24,921 nucleotides of DNA from a virus (taxonomy: Duplodnaviria; Caudoviricetes), in IMG/VR virus record IMGVR_UViG_3300025277_000146, positions 1-24,921 of that record. One strand, 5' to 3'. Shown in pieces: positions 7,942 through 16,382 of the stretch. How positions within the stretch are numbered: position 1 is the stretch's first letter; each line of letters starts with the position of its first letter. A model generated the notes under the pieces. It was not told where the DNA came from. It worked only from the letters and a program-made list of their open reading frames with translations, and made no database searches. The position numbers were made by a program, and so were the translations under genes.

Positions 7942-7950
7942 ATGTGCCTC

Positions 7951-8592
7951 CTATTGTTGGGTGTTCTGTGCAGTCACTTGTCTTGTGAGGTATTCGTATG
8001 CACGTTTGTAGTTAGTAGCGTTGAGTTCACCAGACTTCAGTCTTGCTTCAAACTGAGAGCGGGTATCAACATCATCGAGTGCAGACATTAGGTCTGTTAA
8101 CTCTTTTTCTTTCTCCTCACTTAAGGCGTATGCCTTTCTATAGACATCATCTGCTATGTTGCATAGTCTGTTCATCGCCAGTTTGAGAGCATCAGAGTTA
8201 GCTGATTTGATATCGTTACCAATATCAACAAACTCGTCGCTATCTCTTTTTGTCTGTATCCGGTGAGCAGAGATACCATCAAAGGTCCTTGTAATAGCAC
8301 CATCAAGTATCTTAAGTCTGCCATGTACCACAGCCCAAGCAGAACCAAGTAGTTCATACTTGATAATTTCCCAAGACCATACAGGGTAATGGTCATTCAG
8401 AAGATTTCTCATATATCCTTCTTCAACATAATCAAAACCATCTGCGCGTGTCTTTACCATAGACTTGGGAGTCTCTGCTGATGAGATGTATCTGTGTTTA
8501 GCTCGTAGTGTTTTCTCTATTGTCTTTGTAGTCTCTGTGTCCCAAGTATGGGCAATTGCAGTCTCAGGGACTCCGTTCGTTTCTTCTTGCAT
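7951..8592 (-). CDS. Rad52/Rad22-family (Sak-like) ssDNA annealing protein
   Basis: FDYVE..LLND...WSWEI..VHGRLKI..KSANSDALKLAM..NIADDVY; lies between nuclease and SSB. Confidence 0.75.
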   Translation of the reverse strand: MQEETNGVPETAIAHTWDTETTKTIEKTLRAKHRYISSAETPKSMVKTRADGFDYVEEGYMRNLLNDHYPVWSWEIIKYELLGSAWAVVHGRLKILDGAITRTFDGISAHRIQTKRDSDEFVDIGNDIKSANSDALKLAMNRLCNIADDVYRKAYALSEEKEKELTDLMSALDDVDTRSQFEARLKSGELNATNYKRAYEYLTRQVTAQNTQQ

Positions 8593-9326
8593 TATTGCTT
8601 CTCCAGTAATTCGGGTTTAATGCCACCTCCACAGTGAGCAAAGAAAGAACAATACTTAGGATTGCACTCCCAGCCCTGCACAGGAGCAATTCCAAGCTTA
8701 ACATCTGGAATGCCGGATTTAAGCCTATCACTTGCTTCTTGCCAGTAAAGTCCCGCATCAGTGATAATAGACCTGTTGAACGAGACTTCTTTTGTCTGTG
8801 AAGTATTTTTGTTGTAATAGTATAAAGACAGACCTTCCAGTCTACCAAAGACCTTCTCCACCCAAATACCATAAGTACCGAGCTGTAACGTGTAATTACC
8901 GTGCGGGTCCTTGTCTGGAGTCCTGCCGAACATCCGTTTCCACTTATAAGAATTACAGGTCTTTATATCGTATAGCCACTTGTCCTCCAGAATAGCAAGG
9001 TCAAGAAATCCCCTGACATTGTATTCTGGAATAATGACTTCCGTCTCTATTAATACCTTAGAACCACTTGATTGTGCATACTGAGAGACAGCTTCCTGTA
9101 TATCCTTATGAACTATATCACCAAGCCGGAACAGACGCAATGTGTCAGCATCTTTCTCTGTTGGTTCGACTTGTTCTACGCTGTCGTAGTATATTTTACG
9201 GAGACATGAACCAGAGCTACTAGCGTGAAACAATCCACGATTACCTGCATATCTCAGGGAATCGTTTCTGTCCCTTAGTCCTTCGATGTAGCCGTCATAT
9301 ATGTCATCCAGTCTGGTTCTGACCAT
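8592..9326 (-). CDS. Cas4-like PD-(D/E)xK exonuclease (244 aa)
   Basis: SCLRKIYY, GDIVH, GFLD, YDIKT, QLGTY and C-terminal CxxxYCxxxxxC; start moved to ATG 9326 (MVRTRL). Confidence 0.8.
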   Translation of the reverse strand: MVRTRLDDIYDGYIEGLRDRNDSLRYAGNRGLFHASSSGSCLRKIYYDSVEQVEPTEKDADTLRLFRLGDIVHKDIQEAVSQYAQSSGSKVLIETEVIIPEYNVRGFLDLAILEDKWLYDIKTCNSYKWKRMFGRTPDKDPHGNYTLQLGTYGIWVEKVFGRLEGLSLYYYNKNTSQTKEVSFNRSIITDAGLYWQEASDRLKSGIPDVKLGIAPVQGWECNPKYCSFFAHCGGGIKPELLEKQ

Positions 9327-9498
9327 ATCCTCTGTCCTTGAAGACCTTGGGTAGCTCTGATTTAACATAGTCCCGAATAATGACTCCTGCGAATTCTTCC
9401 ATCTTGACATTTCTGAATCCACAGAGAGCCTTAAAGTCCTCAAAGGAGGTTTTGTCCAGATTGGCTCTTATCCGTTTTGTACTGTCTTTGTTCAGCAT
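9304..9498 (-). CDS. Small ribbon-helix-helix-like DNA-binding protein
   Basis: KRIRANL strand followed by two predicted helices; first gene after the 9543-9571 promoter. Confidence 0.55.
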   Translation of the reverse strand: MLNKDSTKRIRANLDKTSFEDFKALCGFRNVKMEEFAGVIIRDYVKSELPKVFKDRGYGQNQTG

Positions 9499-9542
9499 TT
9501 CATAATTCCCGCTTGTGTGTTCTATGGTGTATGAGTGTATTG

Positions 9543-9571
9543 AAATTAAGCTATAAATTGTCCATTAGCAA
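9543..9571 (-). promoter_or_regulatory. Sigma70-type promoter for the recombination/replication genes
   Basis: TTGCTA-17 nt-TAATTT on minus, with an upstream A-tract. Confidence 0.5.
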
Positions 9572-9648
9572 GGTTTTTTTTCATATGTAGAATGTTTTTT
9601 TGCCCACTATGCCCAAAGTACCACCCTAACAGTATATAAGAGTATATA

Positions 9649-9684
9649 TATACATACTACATACTCTTATACATACTACATACT
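9649..9684. repeat. 17-bp direct repeat TATACATACTACATACT x2 next to a TA-rich tract
   Basis: Copies at 9649-9665 and 9668-9684; core is the reverse complement of the repeat at 17590/17607. Confidence 0.8.
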
Positions 9685-9699
9685 GTAGCATAGCTCTTG

Positions 9700-9954
9700 C
9701 TAATCATCCTCTATGAGACTGTGAATGACTTCTTCAAGCAGAAGGTAGTCATGCTTAACAGGCTCAATCAATTCATTAAGAAGCTTACGGCACTGATTAC
9801 ACCATGTAGTATCAGTTGCTTCATCATGTAGTACTCTGGCACTAGCACTTGGACCAATTGGGTCTTTCTCAGGATTGGCTGATACGACTGGAAACCACTC
9901 TGAGTCGTCTGCTACTTCTTGGCTTTCTGGCCACTGTTTTACTTCTAATCTCAT
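9700..9954 (-). CDS. Hypothetical protein
   Basis: AAGGAG SD; CNQC motif. Confidence 0.6.
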   Translation of the reverse strand: MRLEVKQWPESQEVADDSEWFPVVSANPEKDPIGPSASARVLHDEATDTTWCNQCRKLLNELIEPVKHDYLLLEEVIHSLIEDD

Positions 9955-10024
9955 CTTTATTACTCCTTTATACCTGTAAAGTATTGCGTCACACGAACAC
10001 TCCTAAGTTAAGTATGTTTTGAAG

Positions 10025-10495
10025 TTACCATATTTCAAAGCCACCACTTGACTCACAAAAGCATATGAATTCCTGCAAGTTTTCTACAGTAAAACTGTAG
10101 TTTCGCATAAAGTCATCCTCTGGAAGTTCTTTAAGTGATTTATCATATTCCAGTTTATAGTCCTCTATAGTACCATTATCTATTAAAGACTTCATACGCT
10201 CTGCTATTCCAACTGCCTGTTCCTTACTGATTTTATATCCGTCATTGTAGTACCCACCTGTAATATCCTCTTCACTAAGAATATCATCACAGGCAGAACC
10301 TATACACTGCCACAGTGGTCTCCACCACCAGACATTATTTCTAAAGTAATGTCCCGGCACTGCCTTCTCGTAAGCCTCAAGGTTTCTGAAATATTCTTCC
10401 TGCTCTTGTCTTGTTGGCTCACTATCCCAATCTATAACAGGCTTTTGTACGTCCTGTGGATTGTCTGGAGAAAGCCCATTGAGGTCGAATCCCAT
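10025..10495 (-). CDS. Phage hypothetical protein (YFRNNVWWWRPLW ... SGGFEIW)
   Basis: AAGGAG SD; motif-rich acidic protein. Confidence 0.75.
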   Translation of the reverse strand: MGFDLNGLSPDNPQDVQKPVIDWDSEPTRQEQEEYFRNLEAYEKAVPGHYFRNNVWWWRPLWQCIGSACDDILSEEDITGGYYNDGYKISKEQAVGIAERMKSLIDNGTIEDYKLEYDKSLKELPEDDFMRNYSFTVENLQEFICFCESSGGFEIW

Positions 10496-10511
10496 ATTAG
10501 TCTCCTTTCTG

Positions 10512-10802
10512 TTATTTATCTATTGGTGTTATACTAAAAATCAAATCTCTGCTTCCATATGTACGTTCCCTGTAATCAAGCACATTCTCTCTGAACGTCT
10601 TACTCTTATCAAATATCTCGTTAATTTCATCTGCATACTCATAGTCTGGCTTATCATAGCCATATTTCTTACAGCAATCACCACACATAGCATACGAACC
10701 AGTAAGACAGCCCCCCATACTGCCTTCTCCTTCGTTACAGCCATCACAGGCTACTTCTTCGCCATAGTTGTATGACTCTGTTTCATCTGTTACTAACTTC
10801 AT
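10512..10802 (-). CDS. Zn-binding hypothetical protein (CDGC...CGDC)
   Basis: AAGGAG SD; two CxxC pairs. Confidence 0.65.
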   Translation of the reverse strand: MKLVTDETESYNYGEEVACDGCNEGEGSMGGCLTGSYAMCGDCCKKYGYDKPDYEYADEINEIFDKSKTFRENVLDYRERTYGSRDLIFSITPIDK

Positions 10803-10814
10803 GTTATTCTCCTT

Positions 10815-11072
10815 TTATTGTCCTTGACTTAATCTCTTACATGGCATACAGATATATTCTGTACATCCATAACTGGGAAAATGAATTAAATATTCTGGAT
10901 TAGCTGTTCGCCTGCTCTTGAGTAATTTATACTGCCATACTTTTTTGCATTTTGGGCATTTAAATGGTTCAGACTTACGCTTCAGTCTATTTCTACTGCT
11001 TGACCTTGACCGTGTTATCCTCCTTGCCTCTTTGTCTGATGGAGGATTAGAAGCTATTGTAAATACAGACAT
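10815..11072 (-). CDS. Zn-ribbon protein, CxxCxxVWQ...FPSYG...CxxC
   Basis: AGGAG SD; same motif order as 4294-4530. Confidence 0.7.
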   Translation of the reverse strand: MSVFTIASNPPSDKEARRITRSRSSSRNRLKRKSEPFKCPKCKKVWQYKLLKSRRTANPEYLIHFPSYGCTEYICMPCKRLSQGQ

Positions 11073-11081
11073 TTCATTCTC

Positions 11082-12152
11082 CTACTTTACTTGGGAAACA
11101 CAATATAAAAAATCTGCTATATCATTACAGAGATATATCTTACCTTGAAACTCTTTATATGAACGGTTATATTTGTAACTCTCAAGCGATTCGTAACTTT
11201 CATTATAAAACCAGTATACATCACAGAACCGTGATGCTTTACTTACTATATATTCACCATCTGTATCACCAAAAAAGATAACTTTACGCCCACGAAATAA
11301 ATCTTTCCAGAGTTCAACATCATCAATATCGCTTCCGAAATGGAAGTTATAGTCATGCCACTGTTTACTACCTCTGTCATAATACTGCATAGGAGTTCCA
11401 TTAGGGGCCTTAATCAGAGTAACGTCACCCCTTTCAAGCACAGAGGAGACAAGCTTAGAATAAGCATGTGCCAGAGAATCACAACTGGGACTGGTATCAA
11501 CTAAAAAGAATATACCTTCTTTATCTTTATCCAATTTACAGTGCCTTAGCTGTGCGTTAGTATAGTGTCTTTGCATCAGCCTTTCAATGTCCCAGAAATC
11601 ATCACCTTCATATGGAAAACCAGTACTATCCTCTGCAATCTTATTAAGCATAATCGACACAGAAGATTGTACTCTTATCTTGCTTGCATCTGTGCGCAAG
11701 TCCATAGAATCGTCTGCTTTCTGGTGGTTGGGCATGGATAAGCCTGCATGATAGTTAGCAGCAGCAACCTGCCACTGCTTATCTTGTGTCTCTTTGACAG
11801 GCTTCTGCTTAAGCTTTTGCTTCTTACGTTCTACAAGTCTTACAATATGTCGTGCCTCTGACAATGCCTTTTCAAAGCGTTCTTTCTCTACAACAGTGTA
11901 ATGTTTAGCCTTAACACGCTTTGACAGGTCATCAATTCTGCTATAGGCACCACTAAGATGGCTCATGTTTGCCGGATTACTGAGAGCTTGCTTGGTCATC
12001 TCAATAGACATATTACAGTAGTTATCAATATCCTCTTCTCTACAACTATCTACGCCATCTTTTCCATGGCGCCATTTTCTGTGGACAGTCCTTATTCGGT
12101 CCATGGATTTGTTTTTCTCCAGCCCTTTTGATAATACCGTCGCACAGCCCAT
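11082..12152 (-). CDS. VWA (MIDAS)-domain partner protein; true start may be ATG 12104
   Basis: FFLVDTSPSC (DxSxS) and later IFFGDTDG; immediately downstream of a MoxR-like ATPase. Confidence 0.65.
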   Translation of the reverse strand: MGCATVLSKGLEKNKSMDRIRTVHRKWRHGKDGVDSCREEDIDNYCNMSIEMTKQALSNPANMSHLSGAYSRIDDLSKRVKAKHYTVVEKERFEKALSEARHIVRLVERKKQKLKQKPVKETQDKQWQVAAANYHAGLSMPNHQKADDSMDLRTDASKIRVQSSVSIMLNKIAEDSTGFPYEGDDFWDIERLMQRHYTNAQLRHCKLDKDKEGIFFLVDTSPSCDSLAHAYSKLVSSVLERGDVTLIKAPNGTPMQYYDRGSKQWHDYNFHFGSDIDDVELWKDLFRGRKVIFFGDTDGEYIVSKASRFCDVYWFYNESYESLESYKYNRSYKEFQGKIYLCNDIADFLYCVSQVK

Positions 12153-13687
12153 CCAAGGTCGTGACCGTCTTCGTTAATTTTATCCTGAATTGAGCCATAC
12201 TCCTCCCACAGGCCATTTAACATACCATTGTTGTGAGTTACGGCACTTTGGAAATACGCCCACCTTTCTAAATTGACTATCATCTCCAGTCTGAATCTAT
12301 GCCTCGCATTGTTTAGCCATCTTACTTCTGCGACATTATTTCCAATTCTACCTACAATCTCCGATTCTGAGTACTTAAATATCTTAAATTGAGTACTCCT
12401 ATTATTTCCGCAAGTTTCTTGAAATGTTTTTACTCTGTGAAATGGCACCCCCTTCATGATAAAACAGAGTTCTCCTTGAGTATCTATGTCTACCAGTCTT
12501 TGAACCCGATAGGCCTCTATCAGGGATATAGGCCTCCTAATTATTATATATCTGCCCTGAACACTGGCCGGTCCCGGCAAGTCTCTTGCGCTACGTTTGG
12601 GAAAGTCTGTGAAATCGTGAACGTAAGCGTCATAAGTTTCATTGTTATAGGGAATAATACCATATATTCCTGAGCCAGACCGCAAAGAGTTCACTTTAGG
12701 TGTTTTATACCTTGCAAACTTCCAGTCTACATTCCGTACAACCTTCAGTTTGGGCATCTGGGCATTATCATCATTATCAACTGCTAACTCTGGTACTGAT
12801 GTACCTTGCGCTTCATAGTTGGCTACATCAAGCCTACTGTCTACCGTATTGGAAAATAATCTGTCTAATTTTTTACTTACATCACTACCAGAATCAGATT
12901 CGTGGTCAAGTAATACTTTGTGATTCCTGTCGCTCTTAGTAATATACTGCTTAACCAGAGTATTCCAATCTGCGTCCCCTTGCAATACATCTACAGCATC
13001 AAGTAACTGTCGTAACTCCTGTATGGTAATCGGTTTCTTCACTCCTGCGTATATACATCTCTCATACAACGCTACTGCTGCATCAGTCAGTTCACTATCA
13101 TGTGTATCCTGTAATGCATCCCGTATTAACTCTGGATGCATGACCTTAAAATCTATTTTCGGCAGTCTACGCGCCAGAGGCTCACTTAATTCCCTTTCAT
13201 CATTCAGAGTGATGAAAACTAACAGATTCTCTTGGTTGGCCGACACATTAACTCCGGGAAAAGATATTCTACCACTCTGGAGGAAATCTAACAGAAATGC
13301 ATCCGCAGAGTGTCTTGTCTTATCCCACTCATCCAGTAATAAAATAACAAGTTTATCACCATGTGTCGCTTCTGTTGCCTGCACCAGAATTCCGGGATGT
13401 ATCTTCACTCCGGTCTTAGTGTCGTCTGCGGGAAGAATTTTCTGTACTAAATCCTCTTCGCGGGTACCCTGTGTCACTTGATAATAATGAAGGTCTGCTT
13501 CAAGTATATCGTGAAGTACTTCTGGAAGATGTGTCTTACCTGCCCCTGCGGGACCAAACAGAAATGCCCCACCAACAGGTTTCTGCTTAAGTGAAGCACA
13601 GACCTGCATAGCAAGTTCTTTGTTACACTTATACCCCTGTAAATTGAGGCTCATATGTAACTGTGTAGTAGTTACTGTGTTATTCAT
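12092..13687 (-). CDS. MoxR-like AAA+ ATPase with a long C-terminal extension (531 aa)
   Basis: Walker A GPAGAGKT, Walker B LLLDEWDK, FLLDFLQSG, TLNDERELSEPLARR. Confidence 0.85.
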   Translation of the reverse strand: MNNTVTTTQLHMSLNLQGYKCNKELAMQVCASLKQKPVGGAFLFGPAGAGKTHLPEVLHDILEADLHYYQVTQGTREEDLVQKILPADDTKTGVKIHPGILVQATEATHGDKLVILLLDEWDKTRHSADAFLLDFLQSGRISFPGVNVSANQENLLVFITLNDERELSEPLARRLPKIDFKVMHPELIRDALQDTHDSELTDAAVALYERCIYAGVKKPITIQELRQLLDAVDVLQGDADWNTLVKQYITKSDRNHKVLLDHESDSGSDVSKKLDRLFSNTVDSRLDVANYEAQGTSVPELAVDNDDNAQMPKLKVVRNVDWKFARYKTPKVNSLRSGSGIYGIIPYNNETYDAYVHDFTDFPKRSARDLPGPASVQGRYIIIRRPISLIEAYRVQRLVDIDTQGELCFIMKGVPFHRVKTFQETCGNNRSTQFKIFKYSESEIVGRIGNNVAEVRWLNNARHRFRLEMIVNLERWAYFQSAVTHNNGMLNGLWEEYGSIQDKINEDGHDLGWAVRRYYQKGWRKTNPWTE

Positions 13688-13709
13688 TGCAATCTCCCGC
13701 TAATTATTG

Positions 13710-13775
13710 GCAGGACAATGACTCTGTATCGTCGAGTAGGAGGAGCTTTCTACTCTAAGATAGCCACTGCCCTGC
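13710..13775 (-). ncRNA. 66-nt stem-loop with an anti-SD loop, upstream of the ATPase RBS
   Basis: GCAGGGCAGUGGCU/AGUCAUUGUCCUGC 14-bp stem (3 G-U on minus); inner GAGUAG/CUACUC hairpin with loop AAAGCUCCUC. Confidence 0.5.
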
Positions 13776-13799
13776 ATTGTTATCTGACTGCCCCTTCGG

Positions 13800-14261
13800 T
13801 CATTCTTCTTCGTCTCTGCCCATCATCTCCATGATTATATCTCTAACTGAACCTGCGCTATGACCACTGGCAAGTGCCTCAGTCTTCATAATCCTATCAA
13901 GGTCCTGACCCTCCATATTAAGTTTAGCTAAGACCTTGCGATTGATATTGTTCTGAAATTCAATACAGATTCGCGTTAGATACTCCATCTCCACAGGAAA
14001 TAATTTAACTTCGTCCATATCGCCGTCATTATCTTTTAACAAGCCCCTGATAAGCCCTTCACCCATATCCTCGCTCTGTATTATATTCATAAGAGTATAA
14101 CAGCGTTGTGCTAATCTATGGAATAAGGCAGTTATTTCAAAAACACCTAACTTATTGGCTTCCTCCAGAGTAACCTCCTCCAGTACTTCTATAGCCTCTG
14201 CCGCAGACGGTGTTGAAGCCATCTGTGCATATTTTCCGCTTTCTTTATTATCCAGACTCAT
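13800..14261 (-). CDS. Acidic helical hypothetical protein
   Basis: 153-aa ORF overlapping the upstream gene. Confidence 0.65.
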   Translation of the reverse strand: MSLDNKESGKYAQMASTPSAAEAIEVLEEVTLEEANKLGVFEITALFHRLAQRCYTLMNIIQSEDMGEGLIRGLLKDNDGDMDEVKLFPVEMEYLTRICIEFQNNINRKVLAKLNMEGQDLDRIMKTEALASGHSAGSVRDIIMEMMGRDEEE

Positions 14262-14490
14262 AACTGTCTTTGCTCCTATTTATTGTTAATCTTGCTACCA
14301 GACTTTTTAAGTGGTAGTCCGGTTCCAAACCACAGGCTTTCAAAAATCTATCTGAATCGAATCTCTCGTTGTCGGAGATAAATAAACGCAGACATAACTC
14401 TGCAGTGCTACGCTTATTGTCTGGGTCAGACAATCCCTTGAGTATCTTTGCCCAGTCTTGATAATGTCGACGGCTATAGTGAGAAGTCAT
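14248..14490 (-). CDS. Small phage protein with FxxDNxRFDxxRFxxACG motif
   Basis: GAGG SD, ATGA overlap, motif familiar from phage early regions. Confidence 0.7.
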   Translation of the reverse strand: MTSHYSRRHYQDWAKILKGLSDPDNKRSTAELCLRLFISDNERFDSDRFLKACGLEPDYHLKSLVARLTINRSKDSYESG

Positions 14491-14612
14491 TTGTTTTGCC
14501 TCTTTCTGGCGAAATATCTTTTATGGCAACAGAAACAATACCTTTCTTCATAGTCTGTAGCCGGATAATGTAAAAACCAACACTTAAGCTTATTCAGAAT
14601 TCGTTTAATCAT
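14487..14612 (-). CDS. 41-aa Cys/His peptide MIKRILNKLKCWFLHY...YCFCCHKRY
   Basis: GAGGAGG SD; fills the gap exactly, with an ATGA overlap. Confidence 0.55.
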   Translation of the reverse strand: MIKRILNKLKCWFLHYPATDYEERYCFCCHKRYFARKRQNK

Positions 14613-14614
14613 TC

Positions 14615-15043
14615 TTACCCCTCCTCTGTTTCTCCCTTGCCATAACCACACCAGTAATATGGCATATTACTGTCTTCTGTCCAATTATACTTACTATAAA
14701 ACTGATAATCCTTTCTAAGGAGATTACTTCTGTGGCTTTGATGCAGTCTCTCATCGCCCAGCCAATGGGGATGTATCACTTCTTCTGGCTGAACGTCTGT
14801 TTTTTGCATAGTGTTGTTGAAACCACGTCTGACCCATTCATCTATTGCTTCATTCATATAACACTGTATAGACTCTGGATACTGCAACCACATTTTTACT
14901 GCGGGATGATTGCGCCACCCATAGTCTGGAATATAGGTAGCTTTTAGAATCTGTAAAGCTTCTACGCGTTGCTTACCTAAGCGTTTACTGTCCAGATGTT
15001 CTACGGACTTGCGAAAGTCTGCGTATGGTAAAAAAGTCTGCAT
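14615..15043 (-). CDS. Pyrimidine dimer DNA glycosylase / endonuclease V-like protein
   Basis: MQTFLPY..LDSKRLGKQRVEALQIL..WRNHPAVKMW..WLGDERLHQSHRSNLLRKD signature. Confidence 0.85.
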   Translation of the reverse strand: MQTFLPYADFRKSVEHLDSKRLGKQRVEALQILKATYIPDYGWRNHPAVKMWLQYPESIQCYMNEAIDEWVRRGFNNTMQKTDVQPEEVIHPHWLGDERLHQSHRSNLLRKDYQFYSKYNWTEDSNMPYYWCGYGKGETEEG

Positions 15044-15056
15044 GATTACTTACTAT

Positions 15057-15152
15057 TTATCTGATAAGATACACCATAAAATGCGCACCAAAGTAAATCA
15101 CTGAGAACCACAACAACAATGTTGTGGCTCTGTCCATCATTCTCTCTCTCAT
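15057..15152 (-). CDS. 31-aa membrane peptide MRERMMDRATTLLLWFSVIYFGAHFMVYLIR (frame open to ATG 15230)
   Basis: AAGGAG SD 7 nt before ATG 15152; one hydrophobic helix. Confidence 0.5.
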   Translation of the reverse strand: MRERMMDRATTLLLWFSVIYFGAHFMVYLIR

Positions 15153-15243
15153 GTTACTGCTCCTTTGCCTGTCCCACCGTAGTGGTCTACATTTATCACA
15201 TTGACAGTCTCTTCTTCCAGTATGTCTCATTTTAATCCCCTTG

Positions 15244-15501
15244 CTATTTAGAGTACTTCTGTGTCATTACATCTATGACACAATACAGTGATGAATACCA
15301 CCCAATAGTCAGACAGCCAACCATGATTGTTGCTTCTGTCTGAGTTATTGAACCATTTAGTATACCTCGTTCTGCTACCCACATAACCATTGGCAGCACA
15401 GCGTACGGATATAAAATTATCCAGAAAGCTATTGATGTAAATGCTAACACTGTCGTTAAGACAGATGGTTTAGGTCTTGTATGACCCTGTTCTGTTTTCA
15501 T
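15244..15501 (-). CDS. Two-TM small membrane protein
   Basis: GGAG SD; two hydrophobic segments. Confidence 0.7.
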   Translation of the reverse strand: MKTEQGHTRPKPSVLTTVLAFTSIAFWIILYPYAVLPMVMWVAERGILNGSITQTEATIMVGCLTIGWYSSLYCVIDVMTQKYSK

Positions 15502-15505
15502 TGTA

Positions 15506-15667
15506 TTATTCTCCCTCCAGTCTTTTTAGTTCCTTGGTAGAATTACCTGTACGACTCTCTGCCTGTTGTCTTTTCTGCGCAGAAGTCAGATTATCGTATC
15601 TTCTCTGGCGCGTTTCCGCGTCTTCTCTGCGCTTTGCTTTTCTGTCCGAACGATTCATTCGTTTCAT
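15506..15667 (-). CDS. 53-aa basic helical protein MKRMNRSDRKAKRREDAETRQ...
   Basis: AGGAG SD; not in the ORF track; ends 4 nt before the next start. Confidence 0.6.
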   Translation of the reverse strand: MKRMNRSDRKAKRREDAETRQRRYDNLTSAQKRQQAESRTGNSTKELKRLEGE

Positions 15668-15700
15668 TCTGTTATGCTCCTGTTTTGATTAACCGATGAA

Positions 15701-15752
15701 ACCACTTAGATAACACAGGTGCTAATAGCACACTAAGTATTATCACAGTGAT
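15701..15752 (-). promoter_or_regulatory. Intergenic long hairpin upstream of an RBS
   Basis: AUCACU/AGUGGU, GAUAAUAC/GUGUUAUC and GUGCU/AGCAC stacked helices with minus-strand wobbles. Confidence 0.4.
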
Positions 15753-15765
15753 TGTTGTAAGATAT

Positions 15766-16302
15766 TCAATCATCTTTATTAAACTCTGCAAGTTCTTTAT
15801 GCTTAAGCTCTGAAGCTCTGGCTATGGACTCTGCTCTGTCTTTAGAAAATCCATTGCGTATCAGAGCTAACCATAAACGGTCATACAGAGAAAGGTGTTC
15901 GTTGTCAAGAATAACAAGCTCGTCTGGAGTATACTTACGCCAACGTTTAATTCTGTGTAGCTTGTCAAAGTTATCCATATCTGTGACTTCATCACCTATC
16001 AAGTCATACTCTGTAGTAAATGGCAGAGCATTGAAAGCGTCATCACTTAACGCAGAGATGGTATGCTTTGCAGTTGGTGTCTGTATGTGAACCGTACATG
16101 AAGTACTGTGTTTGTATATCTCGGAAAGTATCTTATCACTAATCGCTTCTGCCTCTTTGACAGACATAGCATACCTGAGGATAGGTCTGGATGCATTGGG
16201 TACAATTGCCACGATAGTATATCTCTGCGTCTGCGCCACGTTAGGCGGAGAATGAGAGATGTTGATGTAGGCAGTTGTCCTGTCTGTTGTCTTGGTTGTC
16301 AT
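15766..16302 (-). CDS. Hypothetical protein
   Basis: 178-aa ORF in operon orientation; no clear SD. Confidence 0.6.
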   Translation of the reverse strand: MTTKTTDRTTAYINISHSPPNVAQTQRYTIVAIVPNASRPILRYAMSVKEAEAISDKILSEIYKHSTSCTVHIQTPTAKHTISALSDDAFNALPFTTEYDLIGDEVTDMDNFDKLHRIKRWRKYTPDELVILDNEHLSLYDRLWLALIRNGFSKDRAESIARASELKHKELAEFNKDD

Positions 16303-16323
16303 ACTTAAGTTTCACCGTCGCAG

Positions 16324-16362
16324 AAAAAAAAATAAGAGGGGGAGATTATCGCCCCCCCTCTT
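16324..16362 (-). terminator. Intrinsic terminator after the first leftward gene
   Basis: AAGAGGGGGGG-CGATAAT-CTCCCCCTCTT hairpin, then A and a run of 9 T on minus, 20 nt after the stop. Confidence 0.8.
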
Positions 16363-16382
16363 TCTGGTATAGAGCAGAGAAC

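Noticed and set aside
8592-9326. Cas4-like gene as evidence of a CRISPR-Cas system
   Set aside because: No repeat-spacer array or other cas genes; context is a phage recombination module
9327-9443. Longer N-terminus of the nuclease given in the ORF track
   Set aside because: Overlaps the RHH-like gene extensively; ATG 9326 fits operon packing better
13023-13481. Antisense and alternate-frame ORFs over confident genes (e.g. 22-318, 5785-6132, 13023-13481, 16275-16733, 20409-20849, 23214-23405)
   Set aside because: Shadow frames of well-supported genes, with no SD or motifs
15244-15501. Holin call for the two-TM protein
   Set aside because: No endolysin nearby and it lies in the early region; left as a membrane protein
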